This document shows positions 21,678 through 31,009 of a stretch of DNA of 64,000 bases, one piece after another. The stretch's first letter is position 1, and each line of letters starts with the position of its first letter. Source of the stretch: an uncultured delta proteobacterium (GTDB lineage: Bacteria > Myxococcota > Kuafuiibacteriia > Kuafuiibacteriales > Kuafuiibacteriaceae). A model generated the notes under the pieces. It saw only the letters and a program-made list of their open reading frames with translations. It was not told where the DNA came from and made no database searches. The stretch covers positions 640,001 through 704,000 of the forward strand of contig CAWDML010000009.1 in assembly GCA_963803435.1 (NCBI GenBank), given 5' to 3'. The translations under genes and the position numbers were made by a program.

Positions 21678-22475
21678 ATGGCGCTCGGCGAGGAACGACT
21701 CCATTCGGTGATCGAGTCGATGGTGATGCTCTCGCCGGAGCCGATCGCGGTGGCCCGCATCATCGAGGTGATCCGCATCGAGGATCCGCAGACCGAAGAG
21801 GACGCGATCCGCGACGCGGTGCAGTCGCTGCTCCAGAAGTATCAGGAGCCCACGCGCCCGGTGGCCCGCGGGTTCCGCATCGAGGAGGTCGGCGGCGGCC
21901 TCCAGTTCCGCACGGTGGCCGAGAACGCGCAGTACGTGCGGCGCTACCTGGCCGCCAAGCCGAACCGGCTCACCAAGGCTTCGCTGGAGACGCTCTCGAT
22001 CATCGCGTATCGCCAGCCTGTGACCAAGCCGGAGGTGGAGGCCATCCGCGGCGTCGACGTGGGCGCCGCGCTCAAGGGCCTGCTCGAGCGCGACCTCATC
22101 AAGATCATCGGCAAGCGGGAGGAGGTGGGCCGTCCCATCATCTACGGGACGACGCCGTACTTCCTCGAGTTCTTCGGCCTCAAGTCGCTGGCCGAGCTGC
22201 CCACGTTGCGCGAGTACCACGAGCTCGACGAGGAGCATCAGCGCGAGGTGGACGCGCTCGGTGTGGTCGAGCAGCCCAAGATCAGCGATCTGGCCATGGC
22301 CGCCAGCTTCCTGGTGGAGCGCGAGGACGATCCGGATTTGGAGGCGCTCGACAGGGCGGTCCAGGACGCGGATCGGGTCCGCCGCGTCACCGAGGACACG
22401 CTCGACGCCGGCAAGAAGCAGGAGGGCTCCGGGAACGAGGCGGACGGCGATCCGCCCGAAGAAGCGGTCCCGTGA
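21678..22475 (+). CDS. scpB: SMC-Scp complex subunit ScpB
   Basis: LETLSIIAYRQPVTKPEVEAIRGV and GRPIIYGTTPYFLEFFGLKSLAELP. Confidence 0.95.
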   Translation: MALGEERLHSVIESMVMLSPEPIAVARIIEVIRIEDPQTEEDAIRDAVQSLLQKYQEPTRPVARGFRIEEVGGGLQFRTVAENAQYVRRYLAAKPNRLTKASLETLSIIAYRQPVTKPEVEAIRGVDVGAALKGLLERDLIKIIGKREEVGRPIIYGTTPYFLEFFGLKSLAELPTLREYHELDEEHQREVDALGVVEQPKISDLAMAASFLVEREDDPDLEALDRAVQDADRVRRVTEDTLDAGKKQEGSGNEADGDPPEEAVP

Positions 22476-23287
22476 CCGCGGCTCGCCTGCAGGTCGTCCT
22501 GTCGCGCGCCGGCGTCGCCTCGCGGCGCAAGGCGGAGGCGCTCATCGCGGAGGGGCGCGTGACCGTGAACGGCAAGGTGGTGACCGAGCCGGGCACCAAG
22601 GCCGATCCGGCGGTCGACACCATCACGCTCGACGGCAACCGCCTGGGCGATCCGCAGGAGAAAGCGACCGTGCTGGTCTACAAGCCGGTCGAGGTGGTGA
22701 CCACGCTGTCCGATCCCCGCGGGCGGCAGACCGTGGCCACCTTGTTGACCGGCGAGCCCTATCGCTTCGTGCCGGTGGGCCGGCTCGACTATCACACCGA
22801 GGGCGCGCTCCTGATGACCAGCGACGGCGAGCTGGTGAACCGGCTCCTCCACCCGCGCTTCCACGTTCCCAAGGTCTACGCGGTCAAGGTGCGCGGTCGG
22901 CCCTCCCCGGAGAAGCTCGATTGGCTGCGCACCGGCGTGAAGCTCGAGGACGGCATGACCGCCCCCGCGGTGGTCGACGTGCTCGAGGAGAACGAGCGCG
23001 ACACCTGGATCGAGCTGGTGGTCACCGAGGGACGCAACCGTCTGGTCCGGCGCATGTGCGACGCGATCAGCCACCCGGCGCTCCGCGTGATCCGGACGGA
23101 GTTCGCCACTATCGGTGTCGGCGACCTCAAGCCGGGGACGTACCGGTACCTCGACAAGGGTGAGCTGGAGCAGGTGTACCGGAGCGCGCAGATCAAGAAG
23201 ACCCCGGAGCTCTGCGCGCGGGCCCGCGCGGTGGGGAGCGGACGGCTGGGGGAGGCACGCCGGGGCAAGGGGCGGATTCCGAGCTAG
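22472..23287 (+). CDS. rluB: 23S rRNA pseudouridine synthase (RluB/RsuA family)
   Basis: S4 domain (SRRKAEALIAEGRV), catalytic GRLD, EGRNR; usual position after scpB. Confidence 0.9.
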   Translation: MTAARLQVVLSRAGVASRRKAEALIAEGRVTVNGKVVTEPGTKADPAVDTITLDGNRLGDPQEKATVLVYKPVEVVTTLSDPRGRQTVATLLTGEPYRFVPVGRLDYHTEGALLMTSDGELVNRLLHPRFHVPKVYAVKVRGRPSPEKLDWLRTGVKLEDGMTAPAVVDVLEENERDTWIELVVTEGRNRLVRRMCDAISHPALRVIRTEFATIGVGDLKPGTYRYLDKGELEQVYRSAQIKKTPELCARARAVGSGRLGEARRGKGRIPS

Positions 23288-23352
23288 GAGCGTGTAGCGC
23301 GTAGCGCTACCGCGAGCCCGGTCCGGGTCCCGGTCCCGGTCCCGGTCCCGAT
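23283..23352. repeat. Left ~70-bp inverted repeat
   Basis: gctaggagcgtgtagcgcgtagcgctaccgcgagcccggtccgggtcccggtcccggtcccggtcccgat; about 65 of 71 positions match the reverse complement of 25144-25214. Confidence 0.93.
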
Positions 23353-23728
23353 GGCGATCATGCAGCCCGGCGTGCGTTCATCGGCCTCATCAAGTCGCGT
23401 GAGCCTCTCGACAACGCGCTTGAGCTTGGCTCTGGCGGCTTGGAGCTTCTGCTCGTTGGCGAGTCGGCGCCTCGAGCAGGTGTGGAGTGAGGCGGCGCTT
23501 TCGGTGCCAGAGCGAAGTGCCATCCGGTAGAAGCGAGCCTTCTCAGGTGGATTGAGCTCTCCGGCGCCCTCGGCGGTGTTGTTCACGATGGAATCGGATG
23601 CCCGCCGAAGCTGATCGCGGACGTGAGCGCGACCGGGTTGCAGTTCTTGTGCGATCTCTTCAGCGATGTCGCATACCTCGACGGCGAGCTGGTAGGCCTC
23701 GAGCTTCTCGTGATCGAAAGTGACCATG
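23284..23728 (-). CDS. Four-helix-bundle protein (23S rRNA IVS protein / Avd-like family)
   Basis: MVTFDHEKLEAYQLA...DQLRRASDSIVNNTAEG...RFYRMALRSGTE matches the family pattern (L.vyq..QlrRas.Si..NiAEG..F..iA.gS..E). The C-terminus reads through the repeat (GTGTGTGT). Confidence 0.85.
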
Positions 23729-23781
23729 CAAGCTAGCTTGCGGTAGCTCGTCCGCTTTGACCAGCAGAAGTTCTTGGAGGT

Positions 23782-25123
23782 TGGCTCCCAGAAAATCATC
23801 TCGCGTACTTCGTCTTGGACGTCGTCGATGAGGTAGAGCTGAGCGCGATCGAGATCTCGATCCAGTCCAAGGACCCGCGAGGCGAGCGACCGTACTCGCC
23901 TCGAATGATGATCGCGCTGCTTCTGTACGCCTACTGCACCGGCATCTATTCGTCGCGGAGGATCGCGCGGGCGACCTACGAAGACATTCCATTCCGGGTG
24001 CTGGCTGGAGAGAGTCATCCCCACTTCACGACGATCAACGAGTTTCGGCTGGTCCACCTGGAGGCACTGAAAGCGCTCTTCCTCGAAGTCCTGAAGCTTT
24101 GCCAGAAAGCAGGTTTGGTGCGGCTCGGACACGTCGCACTCGATGGCTCGAAGGTGCAGGCGAACGCGAGCAAGCACAAGGCGATGACCTACGAGCGGAT
24201 GGCCGAGGAGGAGAAGCGGCTGTCTCTCGAGATCGAAGAACTGCTGAAGCGAGCGCGCACGATCGACCAAGAGGAAGACGAGCGGCTGGGCGTTGAAGAG
24301 ACTGAAGAGGACATCCCAGCGGAGCTCGCTCGCCGTGAATCCCGCCTTGCCCGCATTCGAGAAGCGAAGGCTGCGCTGGAACAGGATGCCGCCAGGGCTC
24401 GCGCGGAGAAATTGCGCAGGCAAGCCGAAGAGCAGCAGAGCAAAGCGGATGATGCTCTTGTGGATCGGGTGGAGCAGAAGCGAGCGAGAACTCGAGCCGA
24501 GAAGGCCTGCAAATGTGGACGGCACACCGAGGCCCACGCTCAGAGGAACTTCACCGACTCAGACAGCAGGATCACGTTGAAGGAGGGAGCGTACCTCCAG
24601 GCCTACAATGCCCAAGTTGTCGTAGATGAGCACGCTCAGGTGATTGTCGCCGAAGAGGTCAGCAACGAGGCACCTGATCAGCAACACCTCGTCCCGATGC
24701 TCCCTGATGTGTTCGGCAACTGCGGCGATGCTCCGCGGAAGATGACGGCAGACAACGGCTATCTGAGCGCGACCAACATCGAATTCTGCGACAACAATCA
24801 GATCGATGCCCACATCGCTGTTGGACGCGAACAGAACCAAGACGCGTCGACTCCGTCCTCATCAGCTTCGGAGCCCACACCTGCCTCGCTCGCTCGCAAG
24901 CGAAATGCGAGACAAGTTGCAAACGCGCGACGGCAAGGCGGTCTACCCCCGCAGGAAGAGTATCGTCGAACCGGCGCTCGGACAGATCAAAGGGGCACGA
25001 GGATTCCGCCGGTTCTCGCTCCGCTCCTTCTTCAAGGTACGAGCCGAGTGGACGCTCGTCTGCCTCACCCACAACCTGCTCAAGCTCTACCGATCGAAGC
25101 TCGCGACCGTCGCGAGCGTCTGA
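23782..25123 (+). pseudogene. IS1182-family transposase, 5'-truncated and frameshifted near 24895
   Basis: WLPENHLAYFV, PYSPRMMIALLLYAYCTGIYSSRRIA, LDGSKVQANASKHK, NFTDSDSR, YNAQ, ADNGY. C-terminus in another frame (RRKSIVEP.LGQIK..RGFRRFSLR...HNLLKL). In-frame stop upstream of WLP. Confidence 0.88.
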
Positions 25124-25143
25124 CTCAAGGCAGCCATCTTCAG

Positions 25144-25214
25144 ATCGGGACCCGGACCGGGACCGGGACCCGGACCGGGGTCGCGTGAGCGCTTCCGCGC
25201 TACACGCTCCTAGC
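25144..25214. repeat. Right ~70-bp inverted repeat
   Basis: atcgggacccggaccgggaccgggacccggaccggggtcgcgtgagcgcttccgcgctacacgctcctagc. Confidence 0.93.
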
Positions 25215-25221
25215 GCCGCCC

Positions 25222-27291
25222 CTAGCCTCCGATGATCGTCTCTCCGTCCGGATCTGCCAGCCCCGTCTGCGACGATGGCCCGGGCTCGCTGAGGCGCCCG
25301 GCCTTCACGGCGTCGATCGCCTCGGCCTCCAGCCACGCGGCCAGGTGGGCGGACGTGCACGATCGGCCGGAGGCGGCGATCGCGTCCTCGAGATCCAGCT
25401 GAAACTTCCGGCACGATGGATACCGATCACCCGCATCGCGCGCGGTGGCCCGGCGGACGATGGCTGCCACGGCCTCCGGGATGTCGGTGCGCAGCGTGGT
25501 GACGTTTGGGATGATGCACTCGAGGGCCGCGCTCATCGTGCGGTACTCGGTGTCGCGGCGGTGCGCGGATTTTCCCGTCAGGACCTCGAACAGCACGAGC
25601 CCGGTCGCGAGCACGTCGGTGCGTTGATCGATCGGGCCGATCCGACGGTCGACCTGCTCCGGCGCCATGTACGCGACCTTGCCCTTGACCGCGCCGGTCT
25701 TGGTCTCCCCGATCGCGTCGGCCGCCTTCGAGATGCCGAAATCGACGATCTTGACCGACCCTTGCTCGGAGACCAGGACGTTGTGCGGCGACATGTCGCG
25801 GTGAATGATGCCGACGCCCTCGTCGCCGCAGGTGTGCGCCGCGTGCAGGCCGGCGCAGACGTCGGCGATCAGCCGGCAGGCGAGGTCGATCGGGAACGAG
25901 TGTCCGTGGCGAGCCAGCGCTCGCAGGATCGCGTCGAGGCTCCAACCCTTCACGTACTCCATCGCGATGAAGTACTCGTCGCCGGCGTCGCCGAGCTCGA
26001 AGACCTGCACCACGTTCGGGTGAGAGATGCGCGCCGCCAAGCGCGCTTCCCGAAGGAACATGCGGACAAAGTCCGGATCGCGGGCGAAGCGCGGCAGGAT
26101 CTTCTTGATCACCACCTTCTTCTCGAACCCCTGGGGCCCGGAGTGGCGCGCCAGGAAGACCTCCGCCATGCCGCCGCTGCCGATCTGTCGGATGATCTGG
26201 TAGCGGCCGATGCTGGTCGGTTCGGAGGCCGAAGGCTTCCGCGCCAGGGTGGGGCCGTTCGGACGCCGCGCCAGGTATCCCGCGATCGCCGCCGGGGGAT
26301 CGGGCTCGTAGAAGCGCGAGAGCTCTTGTTCGACCAGCCTCCGCGAGATGACCACGATCGCAGGTTGCCCGCAGCGGTGGCATTCGATCTCGACGTCGGG
26401 CTCGGGGAGCCGATCCACGACCGTGTCGTAGCGACCGCAGCTCCGGCAGCTCACCGGGACCGAGAACGAGAGGACGCGCCCTTCGAGCCGGCCCGTCAGG
26501 GCAGGGTCGAGGGCCTCGAGGAGCCGCGGGGGGACCCGCGCCAGATGGACGTCGGTGTGCTCTGGGAACAGCAGCGCCTCGAGGCGCACCACGCCGCGGG
26601 GATCGATCTCGCTGATGTCGTCGAAGAGGACGATCACCGAGCCGTCGAGCCCCATGGCGGCGCGCTTGAGGCGAAGATCGTGGGTGATCGGACCGGAGAG
26701 CCACATCGCCGTGACGTCCTCGCCGATCTCCTTCTGGATGCGAAAGGTGCGCTGTCTCAGCGGTTCGAGGTCGCCGTCGATCAGCTTCGAGAGCGTCTCG
26801 GAGACGTTCGGCTTCTGCTGGCTCTGAACGTAGGAGAGGAAGTTGAGCTCGTCGAACTCGGCGCGACCGCCGCAGGACGGGCAGGCGATCATCTGCTGGG
26901 GACCCGTCACCACCACATCGAACTGGCGGCGGAGATCCGTCAGGACCTCGATCTCCTCGTTGCACTCGAGGCAGACATAGGGGAGGTAGAAGCTGACGAT
27001 CTGACCCGACCCGGCGAAGCCGTGGATCATGTTGAACTGCAGGACCATCGCCGGCCGACAGTTCACGAAGACGACCTGCGCTGCGGGTAACTGCTTGAGC
27101 GCGCGGATCCACTCGCGCACGCCGAACGAGGTGATCCAGCGGACGCCGTCGAGATCGACGACCACGCACTCCTGGGCGATGTCGGCCAGCATGTCGGCGC
27201 GGAAGGTCTCGTTGATGAGGCCGCTGAGCTTGACGATCACGCCGCCTGGAACGGTCGTGCGCTCGACATTGAGACTGGCTGGCGGACGCAT
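25222..27291 (-). CDS. Ser/Thr kinase with two N-terminal STAS-like + Zn-ribbon modules
   Basis: Kinase motifs GSGGMAEV, VVIK, HRDMSPHN, DFG, GKVAYMAPE. N-terminal DLDGVRWITSFGVREW and four CxxC (CLEC/CPSC, CRSC/CHRC). Confidence 0.88.
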   Translation of the reverse strand: MRPPASLNVERTTVPGGVIVKLSGLINETFRADMLADIAQECVVVDLDGVRWITSFGVREWIRALKQLPAAQVVFVNCRPAMVLQFNMIHGFAGSGQIVSFYLPYVCLECNEEIEVLTDLRRQFDVVVTGPQQMIACPSCGGRAEFDELNFLSYVQSQQKPNVSETLSKLIDGDLEPLRQRTFRIQKEIGEDVTAMWLSGPITHDLRLKRAAMGLDGSVIVLFDDISEIDPRGVVRLEALLFPEHTDVHLARVPPRLLEALDPALTGRLEGRVLSFSVPVSCRSCGRYDTVVDRLPEPDVEIECHRCGQPAIVVISRRLVEQELSRFYEPDPPAAIAGYLARRPNGPTLARKPSASEPTSIGRYQIIRQIGSGGMAEVFLARHSGPQGFEKKVVIKKILPRFARDPDFVRMFLREARLAARISHPNVVQVFELGDAGDEYFIAMEYVKGWSLDAILRALARHGHSFPIDLACRLIADVCAGLHAAHTCGDEGVGIIHRDMSPHNVLVSEQGSVKIVDFGISKAADAIGETKTGAVKGKVAYMAPEQVDRRIGPIDQRTDVLATGLVLFEVLTGKSAHRRDTEYRTMSAALECIIPNVTTLRTDIPEAVAAIVRRATARDAGDRYPSCRKFQLDLEDAIAASGRSCTSAHLAAWLEAEAIDAVKAGRLSEPGPSSQTGLADPDGETIIGG

Positions 27292-27334
27292 CACAGACGC
27301 GCGTCGCACTATAGACACGGAGGGGAGGTGGACT

Positions 27335-27628
27335 CTAGAGCCGGGCGAACCTGCCGGGCATGGGGCGACCTTGGCGGACTTTGTAGCCGTGGGAGAGCAG
27401 GCTGTCGATGAAGTCCTCCAGGTTCCTCGATCGGAACAGCAGGTTCAGGATCTGAGGCTCCTCGTGGGTGAAGTAACACTGGAGCGTCGCAAACGGGCAC
27501 TCGATCGGGTCGACATCGTCGTCCGGAAGGCGGGTGAAGTTGAACTCTCCGGGCTCGTCGGACAGCGCCAGCACCAGGCGATCATCCCGGTTGTAGACGG
27601 ACCAGATCTGCACGCCGCCGTCGGCCAT
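27335..27628 (-). CDS. Hypothetical protein
   Basis: 97-aa ATG ORF with balanced composition, on the same strand as the kinase. Confidence 0.6.
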   Translation of the reverse strand: MADGGVQIWSVYNRDDRLVLALSDEPGEFNFTRLPDDDVDPIECPFATLQCYFTHEEPQILNLLFRSRNLEDFIDSLLSHGYKVRQGRPMPGRFARL

Positions 27629-27687
27629 TTTGGAAAGAGTCTAGCGCGGTTGACCCGGTCGTGTCCGCGGGCTAACCGCTCAGGGCC

Positions 27688-29505
27688 ATGGCGCTTCCGA
27701 CGATGCCGGGCCCAGACCTCCTCCGCGACCGAAAGCGGACCCACATGTGTGGTGACCTTCGGGACGCGCACATCGATCAAGAGGTCGTGCTCCTCGGGTG
27801 GGTGAAGACGCGGCGCGATCACGGGGGCGCGGTGTTCGTGGACCTCCGGGATCGCACCGGCTACGCACAGGTGGTCTTCGATGCGTCCTCGAGCGAGCAG
27901 ACGCATGCGATCGCGGATCAACTCCGGTCGGAGTGGGTGATCGGAGTGATCGGGAAGGTGCGGTCCAGGGGAGACAACGTAAACGCCAAGATCCCCACCG
28001 GCGCCATCGAAGTCCTCGCCACCTACATCCAGGTCTTCAACCGCGCCGAGACTCCGCCGTTCGAGGTGGACGACGACATCAACACTGCCGAGGAGAAGCG
28101 CCTCGAGTATCGCTACCTGGATCTGCGCCGGCCCGCGATGCAGCGGAACCTTCTGATGCGCTCGCAGCTCAACCACACCACCCGCAAGACGCTGGTCGAG
28201 CTCGGGTTCATCGAGCTCGAGACGCCGTACATGGTGAAGTACACGCCGGGGGGGGCGCGCAACTTCCTCGTCCCGTGCCGGCTCCAGCCCGGGGCCTTCT
28301 ACGCGCTGGCCGAGAGCCCGCAGCTGTTCAAGCAGCTGTTCATGGTGTCCGGCTTCGATCGCTACTTCCAGATCGTGAAGTGCTTTCGCGATGAGGATCT
28401 GCGCCAGGATCGGCAGCCCGAGTTCACCCAGATCGATCTCGAGATGTCGTTCGCCTCGGAGCGCGACGTCCAGGATGTCATGGAGGCGGTGGTCCGCGCG
28501 CTCTTCCACGAGGTCCTCCACGTCGAGCTGCCCACCCCGTTCCCCGTGATGACCTACGACGAGGCCATGGCCCGCTTCGGCTCCGACAAGCCCGACCTGC
28601 GCTTCGGGCTCGAGCACACGATGCTCACCGAGCTCACGCGGAAGCACGACGGCGGCGGAATCCCGTTCTTCAAGGAAGCCGTCGACCGGGGCGACATCAT
28701 CAAGGCGATGCGCGTGCCGTCGTCGCTCGAGATCAGCCGGGAGGCCACCAAGCGCCTCGAGGCCGAAGCCAAGGGCGTCGGCGCCGGCGGCCTGGCCTCC
28801 GCCAAGGTCGAGGAGGGCGGAACCTGGAAGTCGCCGATCGCCAAGTGGGCCACCGACGACTTCCGCCGCCACGTCAACGAGGCCTGCGGCGCCCAGCCCG
28901 GCGACTGGATCTTCTTTCAGGCGGCGCCCGCGAAGATCGCACACACCGTGCTCAACCACCTTCGCCTCCTTCTCGCCCGCCAGTTCGGCCTGATCGAGCC
29001 CAACGCCTGGCGCGTCCTCTGGGTCACCGAGTTCCCCCTCTTCGAGTACGACGAGCGCTCGAAGAGCCACGTCGCCGCCCACCACCCCTTCACCGCCCCG
29101 CGCCCCGAGGACGTCGACAAGCTCACCTCCAATCCCGGCAGCTGCCGCGCCCGCGCCTACGACCTCGTCCTCAACGGCAACGAGATCGCCGGCGGTTCCG
29201 TCCGAATCCACGACCCCGACGTCCAAGCCAAGGTCTTCGCCGCCCTCGACATCCCCCCCGAGCAACAACGCGCCAAGTTCGGCTTCCTCCTCGACGCGCT
29301 CTCTTTCGGCGCCCCTCCCCACGCCGGCATCGCCGCCGGCATGGACCGCGTCGCCATGCTCATCGCCGGCGCCGGATCACTCCGCGACGTGATCCCATTC
29401 CCCAAGACTCAAAAGGGCACCGACCTCATGAGCGGCGCCCCCACCCCGATCGACGAACGCCAGCTCAGCGACATCTTCGTGAAGTCGATCCCGCCCCCGG
29501 AGTGA
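27688..29505 (+). CDS. aspS: Aspartate--tRNA ligase
   Basis: RRDHGGAVFVDLRDR, YRYLDLRR, SPQLFKQ, FRDEDLRQDRQPEFTQID, GAPPHAG, RDVIPFPKT. Confidence 0.97.
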   Translation: MALPTMPGPDLLRDRKRTHMCGDLRDAHIDQEVVLLGWVKTRRDHGGAVFVDLRDRTGYAQVVFDASSSEQTHAIADQLRSEWVIGVIGKVRSRGDNVNAKIPTGAIEVLATYIQVFNRAETPPFEVDDDINTAEEKRLEYRYLDLRRPAMQRNLLMRSQLNHTTRKTLVELGFIELETPYMVKYTPGGARNFLVPCRLQPGAFYALAESPQLFKQLFMVSGFDRYFQIVKCFRDEDLRQDRQPEFTQIDLEMSFASERDVQDVMEAVVRALFHEVLHVELPTPFPVMTYDEAMARFGSDKPDLRFGLEHTMLTELTRKHDGGGIPFFKEAVDRGDIIKAMRVPSSLEISREATKRLEAEAKGVGAGGLASAKVEEGGTWKSPIAKWATDDFRRHVNEACGAQPGDWIFFQAAPAKIAHTVLNHLRLLLARQFGLIEPNAWRVLWVTEFPLFEYDERSKSHVAAHHPFTAPRPEDVDKLTSNPGSCRARAYDLVLNGNEIAGGSVRIHDPDVQAKVFAALDIPPEQQRAKFGFLLDALSFGAPPHAGIAAGMDRVAMLIAGAGSLRDVIPFPKTQKGTDLMSGAPTPIDERQLSDIFVKSIPPPE

Positions 29506-29721
29506 CGCGCCGAGCCTCGCGTTCCTTCTCCACGGGAAGTGCGAAACCGCGGCTTGCAGGTGTACCTGGCGAGGAGACTTGCTCCGATCGCGACAGCAAG
29601 ATCAGGCCGCAAGCCCCTTTGTGAGCTCGCAGGCGTCAGGTGCGAGACGGCAGCGAGATCAAATCCAGAACGCGAGGCGATGCGGTCACCGGAGCCACGG
29701 CATCCTTCCTCCGAGCAGAGG

Positions 29722-29745
29722 CGCCACGGCGATAGCGCCGTGGCG
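29722..29745. terminator. GC-rich hairpin between convergent genes
   Basis: cgccacggcg-atag-cgccgtggcg, a perfect 10-bp stem about 10 nt from the stop of the 29755 gene; no U-tract. Confidence 0.55.
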
Positions 29746-29754
29746 ACGGGATCG

Positions 29755-30951
29755 CTACGGCCCCATGTCCGCGGCGAAGTCGACGGAGCAGAACCCGTCC
29801 TGAGCGGCGTTCATGTACCCCACCCCTGCGGAGGCATAAGCGTGGGTCGGGGTGGCTGTGTCGCCGTCGAGGACCAGATACGTGCCGTATACGGTCGTCC
29901 CTGCAGGGCCGGCGCCGGTGCCGTTGACGAAGTTCCCGACCAACCCGGGCGGGGCGTCGGCGAGGGGTTCGAGGGTCAGGGTGGGGACACCGTAGGCACT
30001 GCTGATGGGCGCGCCGGAGATGTCGAAGTCTCCGGGGTTGGCGCCGTTGGCGAGGGTGACGGGGCCGTCGGTGAAGCCGACGGAGGCAGCGGTGATTGCG
30101 GCGAACTGGGCTTCCTGGCCAATCAGGGTGCCGTCGCAGCTGACGTACGGCATCGGGTCGTACACGAGGGTGTAGTTGCCGGGCGTGAGGTTGCCGCCTC
30201 CGGGGGGCGGGGGCGGGGTGGAGCTCCAGGTGAACTCGCCGAAGTCGCCCGTCAGGTTGGCGGTGATCAGGTCGCCGATGTTCAGGCCGCCTGCGGAGAA
30301 GCTGATGGTGCCGGTCACGGCGGCGGCTGCGATCTCGGGATCGGGGAGGTTGATGTCGCCGCGTGCGAAGATCGCGAGGCGATCGGTGCCGTCGAGGTTG
30401 ACGCTGGAGCCGACCGCGAAGTCGCTCGCGAGGACGATCGCGTACATCACGGTGCCGATGGTGGCGCCGGTGGCGGGATCGGTCTCTTCAGTATAACCGG
30501 CGAGCAAGAGGTAGTCGGTGCCGAGGTCGTCCGGGAGGACGCCGGCGAAGGTCTCGGCCGTCGAATCGCTGAAGGTGTTGCCGCCGGCGACGATCGAGCT
30601 CCAGCCGCCGGTCCCGACGGAGACCACCGCGTTGCCGTTGAGGAAATCGGCAACCGGCGCGAGCGTGAACGTCGCGCTCCCCGGGCTCGTGTTGGTCAGG
30701 CTGAACGCGCCCGCATTGGAGAAGATCGGCCCGCCGCCGATGTTCGGCATCGCTCCGCTCTGGCCCGTGGACACGCTCAGCTGCACCGCCTCGGGCGTGG
30801 CCTCCGGGGTGATATGCACCTGCTCGAACGGCGTCTGCTGTCGAGGCTTCTGTGGGTTCGAGGGCGCGCGCGCGATCTCGCCGCACGCCATCAGTCCGAT
30901 CGAGGTCGAGGCGATCATCGCCATGGCCCTGTTCCGTGTCACTAAACTCAT
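29755..30951 (-). CDS. Secreted lipoprotein, two domains joined by a poly-Pro linker
   Basis: GGAAGGAG RBS, lipobox LMAC, G/T/S/N-rich beta-type sequence, PPPPPGGG linker. Confidence 0.75.
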   Translation of the reverse strand: MSLVTRNRAMAMIASTSIGLMACGEIARAPSNPQKPRQQTPFEQVHITPEATPEAVQLSVSTGQSGAMPNIGGGPIFSNAGAFSLTNTSPGSATFTLAPVADFLNGNAVVSVGTGGWSSIVAGGNTFSDSTAETFAGVLPDDLGTDYLLLAGYTEETDPATGATIGTVMYAIVLASDFAVGSSVNLDGTDRLAIFARGDINLPDPEIAAAAVTGTISFSAGGLNIGDLITANLTGDFGEFTWSSTPPPPPGGGNLTPGNYTLVYDPMPYVSCDGTLIGQEAQFAAITAASVGFTDGPVTLANGANPGDFDISGAPISSAYGVPTLTLEPLADAPPGLVGNFVNGTGAGPAGTTVYGTYLVLDGDTATPTHAYASAGVGYMNAAQDGFCSVDFAADMGP

Positions 30952-30977
30952 CACTGCTCCTTCCACCAGGTCTCGGT

Positions 30978-31009
30978 GATGAATGGCCGGACCGGCGCGA
31001 TCGGATCAC
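30978..31009 (-). promoter_or_regulatory. Putative ECF-dependent promoter, copy 1
   Basis: Minus strand GTGATCCGAT-CGCGC-CGGTCCGGCCATTCATC, 26 nt before ATG 30951; 27/32 identical to copy 2. Confidence 0.65.

Larger units (their letters stand above)
23283..25214. mobile_element. Inverted-repeat-bounded cassette: four-helix-bundle gene plus degraded IS1182-family transposase
   Basis: Long terminal IRs ending in CTAG, visibly lower GC interior, and a position between convergent rluB and kinase genes. Confidence 0.7.

Noticed and set aside
17410-21711. 1433-aa plus-strand ORF, and similar long antisense ORFs (359-2563, 37337-39802, 40532-45277, 49742-52252, 54419-56698)
   Set aside because: Shadow frames opposite well-supported genes, expected at high GC; no recognisable motifs.
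23318-23350. CCGGTC tandem tract as a CRISPR array
   Set aside because: Hexamer tandem with no spacers and no cas genes.
23284-23728. Avd of a diversity-generating retroelement
   Set aside because: No reverse transcriptase and no TR/VR pair differing at adenines were seen in the window.
23729-24537. N-terminal extension of ORF 23284..24537
   Set aside because: Antisense to the transposase; the four-helix protein starts at ATG 23728.
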